Source: Wickerhamiella versatilis (lineage: Eukaryota). Taken from it: DNA of 64,000 nt. The position numbers and the translations under genes are program-made. Position 1 is the stretch's first letter. The number at the start of each line of letters is the position of its first letter. Below, piece after piece: positions 56,001 to 64,000 of the stretch. Location of the stretch: assembly GCA_030867685.1 (NCBI GenBank), contig JAQOWU010000001.1:744001-808000 (forward strand), in the 5' to 3' direction. Under the pieces are notes generated by a model. The model did no database searches and was not told where the DNA came from. It saw only the letters and a program-made list of their open reading frames with translations.

Positions 56001-57001
56001 AAGTGGTTGCTAATGCATTTAAAACTTTACTTGGTTGTGAAACTGTTTTTGCAGATGATGATTTTTTTTCCCTTGGTGGCCATTCGCTTCTCGCAGTACG
56101 CTTAGCTGCATTATTGCGGCAGGAATTGAAATTGCCTGTTGCTATTGGGCAAATAATGCAATCATCTAAAGTGTCAAGCTTAGCTGCACAATTGAGCGAT
56201 ATTGAGAACCAAGAAGCTTGGGAAAACGCAGGATATGAGACTCTTTTACCATTTCGAGTTAGTGACGATGATAGTAAGGGCCCAACATTATTCTGCATTC
56301 ATCCTGCCTCGGGATTTGCGTGGCAGTTTAGTATTCTCCAACGCTATCTGGAAAAGAATTGGTCTATTGTAGGTGTTCAATCGGCCCAGTCCGATGGACC
56401 TCTTGCTACTACTGCTTCATTGACTGACTTGATCGAGTCTCGATATGAAGCTATCCGCACAAAGCAGAAGCACGGCCCGTACCATTTGATTGGTTACTCA
56501 TTGGGGGGAACAATAGCTCATGGTGTGGCTGCTAGACTGAGACAGTCAGGCGAAGTAGTGGCGTTTCTAGGATTGCTCGACACTTGGCCGCCAGAGTCTC
56601 AGAACTGGGACGAAAAACTTGGTAAAAATAATGTGGATCAGGCTGTAATTGATGAAATGATGCGTGAAAGGCAGGAGTTTTGTCAAGCTCAACAGGGTTT
56701 GTTCGATAATTCAGAAAAACTTTTCAACGTTATTGAGAATAACTATGCCAGTGCAGTGCGATTACTTGCCACTGCTCGTAGTAGCTATTTTGATGGCAAA
56801 GCGACTTTATTCGTTGCTGAGCGCACATTACCTGCCAATGTCGACATTAAGGATGTCTGGTCTCCTTGGAATAGGCAGCTGGAAGATCTTACGGTCGACT
56901 GTTCACATGTAGATATAATTTCACCGGCAACATTTGAAACCCTCGGCCCGCAAATCGCTGAAGTTTTACGAGCTAAAGAAGAGGCATCAAAGCTGGCTTA
57001 A
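53075..57001 (+). CDS. entF: Enterobactin synthetase component F, NRPS C-A(Ser)-T-TE
   Basis: LPLVAAQPGIW, RYHHLQLDA, YTSGSTGQPKG, FDVSVWEFF, LYGPTEA, GGHSLL, HPASGFAWQF, GYSLG, HVDIISP. Confidence 0.95.
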   Translation: MALPLVAAQPGIWVADQLSPYQNAYMIAHYLDILGDLNVDALCAAIMSGMMEADTLQMHFTEVDGEPKQIPMGPLLLPSPIYKDLRADVNPLHSAHACMYDDLKGNRRLMTGNNLSCNVILRLDERHYVWYQRYHHLQLDAFSFTALTRRIVELYSASVRNLEPRMTPFVPFANVVQEYASYWNSEKRFKDAAYWTGVCKSLPEAVSLSPRSLSGETPTTNILRHATTFDPSTMRTLFSAGEAAGIRSVDLVLAIIALWLLKLSDSKSMGVGFIFMRRAGSEALNATGPVINVPPMCVSLCETILSMAKNINKTIKEMRRHQRYDAEQIVRDTKRSWDSEPLYGPVINFKAFDYKLDFSGVKCTTHHLASGPVRDMEITIFLDDEANCSVEILANAQRYNTDILEKHLNRLHLLVDQFATNIDLSCEKADVLLPEERKLISETNSTEVPISKDTLASLIQKQWLATPESPALQDMRHCLSYRQMMLQANSLAQCLVTRGISPGSIVAVALPRSIFLAVALQAIILVRAAWLPLDTGYPESRLKFMLEDAQPSLLITNTDELSRISFAAPVETFIYDSLLPEVESLSLPSVKPDDRAYIIYTSGSTGQPKGVVLNHQAIVNRLLWMQDQYGLKTHDKVLQKTPCSFDVSVWEFFWPIIVGARLIMAPPEAHRDPEQLQKLILDHQITTIHFVPSMLASFVNVLGQNQDCQSLSRVFCSGEALSTDLAKQWQNKMHVPLYNLYGPTEAAIDVAFYPAFGASLEAVSTHTVPIGVPVWNTSLHILDSHLCPVPLGIIGELYIEGVQLANGYLNRSSLTASSFIKTHVDKILYRTHDLCRRLDSGSIEFIGRSDHQVKIRGQRIELGEIDQVMQHLDGVLQAVTVPQLLGKYKEGDFHDGRQLVSYVVPATDIKLDAEKLLREAARFLPSYMVPSVLVFMTELPLGNTGKLNHRALPLPDINWQQQHRENGRLPNAGLEQVVANAFKTLLGCETVFADDDFFSLGGHSLLAVRLAALLRQELKLPVAIGQIMQSSKVSSLAAQLSDIENQEAWENAGYETLLPFRVSDDDSKGPTLFCIHPASGFAWQFSILQRYLEKNWSIVGVQSAQSDGPLATTASLTDLIESRYEAIRTKQKHGPYHLIGYSLGGTIAHGVAARLRQSGEVVAFLGLLDTWPPESQNWDEKLGKNNVDQAVIDEMMRERQEFCQAQQGLFDNSEKLFNVIENNYASAVRLLATARSSYFDGKATLFVAERTLPANVDIKDVWSPWNRQLEDLTVDCSHVDIISPATFETLGPQIAEVLRAKEEASKLA

Positions 57002-57185
57002 TTCCATCTCCAAACTGCGTAAATAATTTTTTTGATATTAGAAATGGCTGTAGAATCTAAATTAGAATATCCGTTTTTGACGTGATTTATGCCGGTCGGT
57101 GAAAACAATGTTTCAGGGCTGCAGGGAAGGAAGCTGCTAATAAAAGTGTATCTCATCAATCTCTGACTAATATTTTACCGGCCCG

Positions 57186-58376
57186 ATGAGCGCATCCTCT
57201 TCAATACCGTCTTCCTCTTTATCTTATTCACCTGATGATAAGTTTTATCTTATATCTCCTACACGCAAGATAGTTACAGAGGGCTGTTTCAAACGGATTT
57301 GCACTCCAGCGCAGGATGCTAGCGACTTGGACGGTGAGTTTCAATGTTCACTCAAGAATGCTCTAGAGGAAGCCAAAGCTGCAGGTATTGAAGAGCCGTT
57401 GGTTGTTGGTGCCGTACCATTTGATGTAACGCAGCCATCTGCACTGTTCATCCCGAATTCCTGGCGGTCGCTTAGCGTCGAGGAAGTCCATGCTTATGGG
57501 GCGAAGCAAAAAGACTATGCCATCGAACTTCTTTCTATCGATTCGATACCTGACCACAACAAATTTTTATCGATTGTCAGCGAAGCTATTGACAGAATCA
57601 CACATGAGGGACTTAAAAAAGTTGTCTTGTCACGATTACTGGAAATACAGGCAAAGAATAACGTCGATAGTGAGGCTCTTCTGGGCCGCTTAACCATGCT
57701 AAATAGCACTGCCTACAATTTTCGCGTGCCACTACCTGATGGTGGGTACTTGGTTGGATCGAGTCCAGAATTGCTGGCCAGCCAGCAGGGAGAAAAGTTT
57801 ATGTCTATACCGCTTGCTGGAACGGCAAAACGTGATTCTCGAGATTGGGTGAAGGATACAGCGGTTGCTCAAGGGTTATTGTCGTCACAGAAAGATCGAT
57901 ATGAGCATCGATTGGTCATTGATTCCATGCGTGAAACCCTAGAAAGTAGTCAAAAATTTACCGAAATGCAATTCCCCGACACCCCTAAGTGTATATCGAC
58001 ACCAAAAGTCTGGCATCTTGCTACCGAGATTGCTGGTTCACTGGTTAATAGCTCCGACAACGCCCTCTCTCTCGCATGTTTATTACATCCTACACCGGCT
58101 CTCAATGGGTTTCCTCATGATGTTGCACGTAAAATGATTTCTGAACTCGAACCGTTTAACCGAGAGTATTTTGGTGGAATTGTTGGATGTTGCGACGCGA
58201 AAGGAGATGGAGAGTGGGCCGTAGCTATCCGTTGTGGAAAAGTTAAAGATGATAAGATACGTCTTTTTGCTGGTGCTGGTATCGTAGGAGACTCGATTCC
58301 TGAATCTGAGTGGCGGGAAACAGGCATCAAACTTTCGACAATGTTACATGCATTTGGGCTTCCACCCAAAGAATAA
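57186..58376 (+). CDS. entC: Isochorismate synthase
   Basis: VGAVPFD, KVVLSR, GSSPELL, PLAGT, KDRYEH, WHLAT, LHPTPAL, IRC, FAGAGIV.DS.PESEW.ET. Confidence 0.95.
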   Translation: MSASSSIPSSSLSYSPDDKFYLISPTRKIVTEGCFKRICTPAQDASDLDGEFQCSLKNALEEAKAAGIEEPLVVGAVPFDVTQPSALFIPNSWRSLSVEEVHAYGAKQKDYAIELLSIDSIPDHNKFLSIVSEAIDRITHEGLKKVVLSRLLEIQAKNNVDSEALLGRLTMLNSTAYNFRVPLPDGGYLVGSSPELLASQQGEKFMSIPLAGTAKRDSRDWVKDTAVAQGLLSSQKDRYEHRLVIDSMRETLESSQKFTEMQFPDTPKCISTPKVWHLATEIAGSLVNSSDNALSLACLLHPTPALNGFPHDVARKMISELEPFNREYFGGIVGCCDAKGDGEWAVAIRCGKVKDDKIRLFAGAGIVGDSIPESEWRETGIKLSTMLHAFGLPPKE

Positions 58377-58568
58377 AAACATATTCACTACTTAGATACA
58401 GAAGTAAAGAATTATATAGAATTGATTTGAATTTCGTAGAGAGTCGGATGGTGCCAGATGCTTACGAACTCGGTGGAGGCCGATAGGTCAAGATTGATTT
58501 GATACTACCCTAGTCCATCACGTGATTAGGCTACACAGTACCTGGGCGTGGCTACCGTTCGTTACCTA

Positions 58569-60185
58569 ATGGTTATTCCTTATTGTCGATGGCCTAAGAA
58601 CGAAGAGGCTAAGTATGAAGCTAAAGGATATTGGGCTGGTCTCCCCTTATGCGACATCGTCACTAGGCGGTCTGAGGATGACAACACCGCAGTGATAGAT
58701 GGTGATCGGAGATTAAGCTACCGCCAGCTAGATCATATGAGCAGTTGTCTGGCTAGTTCGTTGCAGAAGCAAGGTTTGAAACAAGGAGATACCGCTATAG
58801 TTCAGCTGTCTAATAACTACGAGCTATACGTTGTCTTTTTTGCCTTATTAAAACTTGGAGTGGTATTAGTTAACGCTCTCTTCAGCCATCGCCAGCTCGA
58901 ACTTGAAGCTTATGCTGACCAAATTCAGCCTAGGTTGTTAATTGCAGATAGGGGTCATGCCATTTTTCATGACAATTCTTTTGTAGACCATTTGCGGACG
59001 GTATCGCCGGGGCTTCACGTCACACTTTTTCGTCAAGAGACCCGCGATAGTAGTCAATCGCTTGACGCCTTCATGGAAGGTTCAAAGGCAGAATTCTCAT
59101 CCTCACCAACTCCTGCTGATGAGGTGGCATTTTTTAACTTGTCAGGCGGCAGCACTGGTACTCCAAAGCTCATTCCCCGCACACATAATGACTATTATTA
59201 CAGCGTTCGTCAAAGCAACGTGGTCTGCAGAATAACTGAGGCAACCCGATTCTTGTGTGCAATTCCTGCTGCGCACAACTTCCCAATGAGCTCGCCAGGG
59301 GCTCTAGGTGTATTCTATGCTGGTGGCCAAGTAATAATGGCCCCAGACCCCAGCGCTACAAGCTGCTTTCCGCTTATAGAGCACCACAAGGTTAATTTGG
59401 CCTCACTGGTGCCAACTGCGGCTAGTTTGTGGCTTCAACAAGTAGACCAGACGGGAAATGGCAGTTTACGTTCTCTCGAGCTACTACAGGTCGGTGGTGC
59501 ACGACTAAGTCCAGTTTTGGCCGCAAAACTCTCGAAGACCATTGGTTGTAAGCTACAGCAGGTTCTTGGGATGGCGGAGGGACTGGTAAATTACACTCGC
59601 CTAGATGATGATGAGAATCATATTTTTACTACCCAAGGCTATCCGATGTCGCCAGACGATGAAGTCTGGGTGGCAGATGTAGAAACTGGAGAGCCTCTAC
59701 CACGTGGAGAGGTTGGTCTGCTCATGACCCGAGGACCATATACGTTCAGAGGGTATTATAAAAGCCCAGAGCACAATGCAAAATCTTTTGACGCTCAAGG
59801 CTTTTATTGCTCTGGTGACTTAATCGCCATCTCGGAAGATGGATACATCACTGTACACGGGCGCCAAAAGGATCAGATTAACCGGGGAGGAGAAAAGGTA
59901 GCGGCTGAAGAAATTGAGAACTTATTGTTGCGCCATCCTGACATCATCGAAGCTGGCATTGTGGCAATCGTGGATGACTTGCTGGGTGAGAAGAGTTGTG
60001 CTTTCATTATGGTGCGTAAGCCAGTAAAGCCATCTCAGCTTCGAAGGTTTCTCCGGGACCAGGGAATTGCGGAGTATAAGTTACCTGACAAGTTCCAGGT
60101 GGTGCCTGAGCTCCCTCTTACTGCAGTTGGCAAGGTTGACAAAAAAGAGCTTCGTTTACAACTCCCCGATAGCTTAAGAGATTGA
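58569..60185 (+). CDS. entE: 2,3-dihydroxybenzoate-AMP ligase
   Basis: [72 protein letters not shown] 58569. Confidence 0.95.
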   Translation: MVIPYCRWPKNEEAKYEAKGYWAGLPLCDIVTRRSEDDNTAVIDGDRRLSYRQLDHMSSCLASSLQKQGLKQGDTAIVQLSNNYELYVVFFALLKLGVVLVNALFSHRQLELEAYADQIQPRLLIADRGHAIFHDNSFVDHLRTVSPGLHVTLFRQETRDSSQSLDAFMEGSKAEFSSSPTPADEVAFFNLSGGSTGTPKLIPRTHNDYYYSVRQSNVVCRITEATRFLCAIPAAHNFPMSSPGALGVFYAGGQVIMAPDPSATSCFPLIEHHKVNLASLVPTAASLWLQQVDQTGNGSLRSLELLQVGGARLSPVLAAKLSKTIGCKLQQVLGMAEGLVNYTRLDDDENHIFTTQGYPMSPDDEVWVADVETGEPLPRGEVGLLMTRGPYTFRGYYKSPEHNAKSFDAQGFYCSGDLIAISEDGYITVHGRQKDQINRGGEKVAAEEIENLLLRHPDIIEAGIVAIVDDLLGEKSCAFIMVRKPVKPSQLRRFLRDQGIAEYKLPDKFQVVPELPLTAVGKVDKKELRLQLPDSLRD

Positions 60186-60301
60186 ACTAACTTAATCTTA
60201 GTGAGTAAAACGATCACAGATTGATTAGATTAAGACTCCACCTAGACAACCAGCTCTTAGTCACGTTTGGCGGAACCGACGAGTAAAACAATATTTCACC
60301 A

Positions 60302-61063
60302 ATGACGACAAAGTTTGACTTTGCGGGTAAAAAGGTTTGGGTCACAGGCGCTGGTCAAGGTATTGGATACGTAGTTGCAACCGACTTTCACAAAGCAGGT
60401 GCGGTGGTTACAGGCTTTGATCTAAAATTTCACCCCGACACTGAATATCTGTTCGATACTCGAGAGTTGGATGTTGCAGATCCGGTTCAGGTCAAGTCAG
60501 TCACTGAGCACTTGTTAACGACGAGCCCTGGTCTAGATATCCTTGTAAATGCGGCGGGTATATTGAGGATAGGTCAGACAGACGAAGTATCGTTCCAGGA
60601 CTGGCAGCTTTGCATCAACGTGAACGCTGGAGGCGCCTTTAATATGTTCCAGCAAACGCTTCCCGTATTTCGCCACCAGCGTCATGGTGCAATCGTCGTG
60701 GTGAGCTCAAATTCCGCACATTCACCACGACTCGGAATGTCTATTTACGGAGCTTCTAAAGCAGCATTGCGCAGCCTGTGCCAGACAGTGGGCCTTGAAA
60801 TGGCACCTTACGGTGTCCGATGCAATATGGTCTCTCCTGGATCAACCAATACTGAAATGCAACGTAGCCTATGGAAAACACCTGACGGCGAGTCACAAAT
60901 GATTGCCGGTTTTCCGGAACAATTCAAGCTGGGAATTCCGCTAAGAAAGATCGCTCAGCCAGAAGAAATTGCGTCAACAGTGATGTTTTTAGCCTCGGAT
61001 GCAGCGAGTCATGTGACTCTACAGGACATTGTCGCCGATGGCGGGGCAACACTGGGCGCCTGA
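60302..61063 (+). CDS. entA: 2,3-dihydro-2,3-dihydroxybenzoate dehydrogenase
   Basis: KVWVTGAGQGIG, NAAGILR, YGASKAA, SPGST, FKLGIPL.KIA, DGGATLGA. Confidence 0.95.
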   Translation: MTTKFDFAGKKVWVTGAGQGIGYVVATDFHKAGAVVTGFDLKFHPDTEYLFDTRELDVADPVQVKSVTEHLLTTSPGLDILVNAAGILRIGQTDEVSFQDWQLCINVNAGGAFNMFQQTLPVFRHQRHGAIVVVSSNSAHSPRLGMSIYGASKAALRSLCQTVGLEMAPYGVRCNMVSPGSTNTEMQRSLWKTPDGESQMIAGFPEQFKLGIPLRKIAQPEEIASTVMFLASDAASHVTLQDIVADGGATLGA

Positions 61064-61085
61064 TGCCAAATGACAAATATCGGTT

Positions 61086-61496
61086 ATGATCTGGAAACGT
61101 ACTAGTGATGTGGAAAAGCTCAATGCCATGTCCCCTGGAACCATGATCGGACATCTGGGCATCAAATTTATTAGTTCGGATGATGATACACTGGTGGCGA
61201 CTATGCCTGTAGATTCACGAACGTGTCAACCCTTCGGGCTGCTACACGGCGGGGCTTCAGCGGTATTAGTGGAATCCCTTGGATCCTTTGCCAGTTGGCT
61301 TGCTACCCCTGAGGGGAAAAATGTTGCCGGGACTGAGGTCAATGCTAGCCATGTGCGAGCGGTTTTTGGTGGAGAGGTTGTTGGGGTGTGTAAATCTCTT
61401 AGTCTAGGCGGTCGCCAACACGTTTGGTCTGTCATGATTTATGATGATAAAAATCATTTATGCTGCTGTGGCCGATTAACAACAGCTATAATATGA
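61086..61496 (+). CDS. entH: Proofreading hotdog thioesterase
   Basis: MIWKR, MPVDSRTCQPFGLLHGGAS, E.NASH. Confidence 0.9.
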   Translation: MIWKRTSDVEKLNAMSPGTMIGHLGIKFISSDDDTLVATMPVDSRTCQPFGLLHGGASAVLVESLGSFASWLATPEGKNVAGTEVNASHVRAVFGGEVVGVCKSLSLGGRQHVWSVMIYDDKNHLCCCGRLTTAII

Positions 61497-61681
61497 TGGT
61501 TGACGTGTGATATCACCAAACAAAATATAGGCAGTGCTTCAATAACGTATTTGGTTTAAACCAGTTATGTGGGCTATTTTTGCATTGTCCAACAAGCAGT
61601 CTCAGGTAACGTGATGATGCCTTGTGGCACAACTATTATATACCGTGTGGGATGTAATAGGAATCTACATAAATATCTTTG

Positions 61682-62185
61682 CTACGCTGCGCACTTTTTA
61701 TGTGTGCCCTCTAGTAGATCTTGCAACGAATCAACAACGCTATGCTGCCCAAAGTGGTGCCTCCAAAGTCTGCTTCCCATATCTGCAGACCGGTCCAAGG
61801 ACGAGCCCATAGTGAGCCACTTAAGCAAAGTTGGCTGAAGGCCCGCGTCAAACAACATGAAGCCTACGCAAAGGCAACAGGCATCAGTTTGGATGCCACA
61901 GACATACACCTTACCGACATTTCTCGACTTCAAATGCTGAATCAGGGCATATGGTGGCATATATCCATATTTTATAAACATAGCATCTGTTTTAATTAAC
62001 GGATCATCATTAAAGCCTTGCGGCTTCCAGCCGAGTTGCTTTTCAAAAGGGGTTACCTCCTCATTATACCATTCGACGGTTGAGACACTATAGAATTTAT
62101 CACGAACAACTTCAATTTCCATTATCAGCTGTTGCGACGGATGAAAGCTCTGCTGAACGTCAACGACCAGCAGAGCTTCCTTCAT
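61682..62185 (-). CDS. Cysteine hydrolase (isochorismatase superfamily), bacterial type
   Basis: LLVVDVQ (Asp), FIKYGY (Lys), CGIQTDACC (Cys), LFDAG; ATG 62185. Confidence 0.75.
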   Translation of the reverse strand: MKEALLVVDVQQSFHPSQQLIMEIEVVRDKFYSVSTVEWYNEEVTPFEKQLGWKPQGFNDDPLIKTDAMFIKYGYMPPYALIQHLKSRNVGKVYVCGIQTDACCLCVGFMLFDAGLQPTLLKWLTMGSSLDRSADMGSRLWRHHFGQHSVVDSLQDLLEGTHKKCAA

Positions 62186-62399
62186 TGAGATGAGTAAGCG
62201 AGAGTGACCATTTTGCTTCTGTCTGAGAATCAAAAGCAATGGAAAAATTAAGCAATAGCATCATGAATTCGACTTGCTGTAGCCTCTCATGCTCATTATC
62301 CCATTTATGCTTGTCATCTATAGATTGAGTAATTTCACAAAACACTGTTGAGAAAAATCAAGAATTTTATTATATAATTTTTCATCAGACGAGGCTTTC

Positions 62400-63503
62400 A
62401 TGGGAACTAGACTGAACAACGATGATGCATTTGCAGCGACTAATCGCGGTGGAATCATTGAGAATAAGCATAACATTCATGCAGCTATAGTAGATGGCAA
62501 CGGTGACCTACTCTATGGTATAGGTGATCCATCTCGTGTCACACTTGCGCGGTCCGCAGTCAAGCCAATCCAGGCTTTAGCAATTTTGAAAACAAAAGCT
62601 GATCAGTTGAGTGGATTCGACGATGCAGATCTGGCCTTGATGTGTGCTTCTCATAGCGGTGAGGCCCGTCATATCGAGAGAGCTCGCGATATGCTGTCTA
62701 AGATCTCTGTCCATGAAAATGAGATGCAGTGTGGTGGCCATCCTTCACTCTCGACGCATGTGAACACTACATGGGCCAAGGAAGGGTTTGTTCCAACTCC
62801 TTTGTGTAGTAACTGCTCTGGAAAGCATGCTGGTATGCTCGCAGGTTCTAAAGCACTTGGTGCTGATATCGGGGACTATCATCTGCCGAACCACCCAATG
62901 CAAAAACTGGTGATGCAGACAGTGGCAGATGCATGTGATTTGGAACCCAACGAGGTTTTATGGGGGGTAGACGGTTGCAACTTACCTACACCTGCATTTC
63001 CGCTAGATCGTCTTGCTCGGATTTATGCAAAATTGGCTGCGGCTGCCGATAAAACTGATAATGTGGATGACAGGAATGGAGATTCGGCCAACCTTGGCCG
63101 TATCTACAATGCCATGGCCTCTTATCCAGAATTGATTGCTGGAGATGACCGATATTGCACTATACTAATGAAAGCATTCAACGGTGACCTCATTGGTAAA
63201 CTTGGCGCAGATGGCTGTTACGGTATTGGCATTCGTGACTCGGATGATACAAGGCGATTAGGCTCTAATAATGGACTTGGAATAGCAGTCAAGATTGATG
63301 ACGGCAGCATTGACGTGCTATATGCTGTTGTGTCAGAATTACTGGAACAACTTAATATCGGTACTGCTGAAAACAGAAATTGTCTTGAGTCTTTTCGCAA
63401 TATGAAACGACTGAATTCAAAGGGTATTGATGTGGGCGGAATATCATTCCACTTTAAGCCTCGATCATATCGGAAAACCGATACCGATTCAGGTGCAGAG
63501 TAG
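62400..63503 (+). CDS. L-asparaginase II (Rhizobium AnsA-type, class 3 asparaginase)
   Basis: RGGIIENKH, RSAVKPIQA, CASHSGE, NCSGKHAG, DGCNLP, GKLGADG, AVKIDDG. Confidence 0.9.
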   Translation: MGTRLNNDDAFAATNRGGIIENKHNIHAAIVDGNGDLLYGIGDPSRVTLARSAVKPIQALAILKTKADQLSGFDDADLALMCASHSGEARHIERARDMLSKISVHENEMQCGGHPSLSTHVNTTWAKEGFVPTPLCSNCSGKHAGMLAGSKALGADIGDYHLPNHPMQKLVMQTVADACDLEPNEVLWGVDGCNLPTPAFPLDRLARIYAKLAAAADKTDNVDDRNGDSANLGRIYNAMASYPELIAGDDRYCTILMKAFNGDLIGKLGADGCYGIGIRDSDDTRRLGSNNGLGIAVKIDDGSIDVLYAVVSELLEQLNIGTAENRNCLESFRNMKRLNSKGIDVGGISFHFKPRSYRKTDTDSGAE

Positions 63504-63576
63504 AAAATAAAATTGAATAAAATAAATACTTCTCTCACTAAAAAACGCTAGTTTAAGAGGCTTTCGGGAGCTCTAA

Positions 63577-64000
63577 CTAACCACATAGAGTACTTGCGGC
63601 CGTGGCGTAATCGCACATGTCGGCAGCATCTACGGCTATATGCTCCCAGCGGATAATAGACGACTTATCAAGTGCAAACCCACCAGAATTCTGCCAACGC
63701 CATGAACCGTCCAACGTGAAAGGTGAAGGGATTCCCTCAGCGCTAAGTTCACTTAGTTTAGAAAATCCACCACTCATGTTCAATATTCCACCCCAACCGA
63801 GTACACCGACTCCCCAGCCAGCATAAATTGTCCGTTCTGGATCAGCAACAAGACGAAGGTTCTTGATTCTATCACCGAATGCTGCAGGACCTCCAATAAT
63901 ATCGAACCATTCTTTCACAACAGGCTCATCGCTATGTTGTACGATTATAACGTGCAATTCTGGATATTTTTGAACTTGCTGGCCGAGTACGAGCACCTCT
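63577..64000 (-). CDS. AhpC/TSA-like (thioredoxin-fold) protein, 5' end outside window
   Basis: LVADPERTIYAGWGV and WQNSGGFALD..IIRWEH resemble the fungal AhpC-TSA_2 C-terminus; the frame runs to the window edge. Confidence 0.55.
   Translation of the reverse strand, partial: EVLVLGQQVQKYPELHVIIVQHSDEPVVKEWFDIIGGPAAFGDRIKNLRLVADPERTIYAGWGVGVLGWGGILNMSGGFSKLSELSAEGIPSPFTLDGSWRWQNSGGFALDKSSIIRWEHIAVDAADMCDYATAASTLCG

Noticed and set aside
56987-57001. Peroxisomal PTS1 on EntF (…SKLA*)
   Set aside because: SKL is not terminal; the similar weak -AKV end of the 2OG dioxygenase is also insufficient evidence
60186-60206. Branch-point/acceptor-like ACTAAC-n7-TAG right after the entE stop
   Set aside because: No matching donor giving a sensible product; entE and entA are complete without splicing
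435-63826. Numerous 60-150 aa ORFs overlapping the called genes
   Set aside because: Antisense or alternate-frame shadows, many with TTG/GTG starts and no motifs
1-64000. Interpreting the window as bacterial DNA or contamination
   Set aside because: A spliceosomal intron, yeast-specific genes and eukaryote-style spacers are interleaved with the bacterial-like genes; no convincing Shine-Dalgarno pattern was seen

Overview
Eukaryotic (budding-yeast) genomic DNA: one spliceosomal GTATGT/GCTAAC/AAG intron and typical yeast genes (BIO2, SHB17-, DLD-, MUP-, UGA4-, MNN4-, TFS1-, ECL1-like) are interleaved with many intronless, bacterial-looking enzymes. The most prominent element is a complete, co-oriented enterobactin biosynthesis cluster, entB-entD-entF-entC-entE-entA-entH (51095-61496). 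It matches the known horizontally acquired ent operon of Wickerhamiella/Starmerella-clade yeasts; the clade is inferred and the species is not determined. About half of the ~40 genes look like bacterial xenologs by recalled similarity, which has not been tested phylogenetically. Less expected signals: (i) a recurring AGATTGAT(T) motif plus E-box- and telobox-like sites in the ent spacers, suggesting newly built eukaryotic promoters; (ii) an 8-codon mini-ORF that overlaps both the entA stop and the entH start; (iii) an 818-aa phospho-lyase + amino-alcohol kinase fusion with a mitochondrial-type presequence; (iv) a 2-keto-acid decarboxylase head-to-head with an alcohol acetyltransferase across only 82 bp; (v) a MedA-like regulator broken by a one-base frameshift in a G7 run; (vi) an L-arabinitol dehydrogenase relic next to an actinobacterial-type xylulokinase; (vii) a GATA-site-rich nitrogen/nucleoside scavenging neighbourhood. 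No rRNA, tRNA, CRISPR or transposon was recognised.
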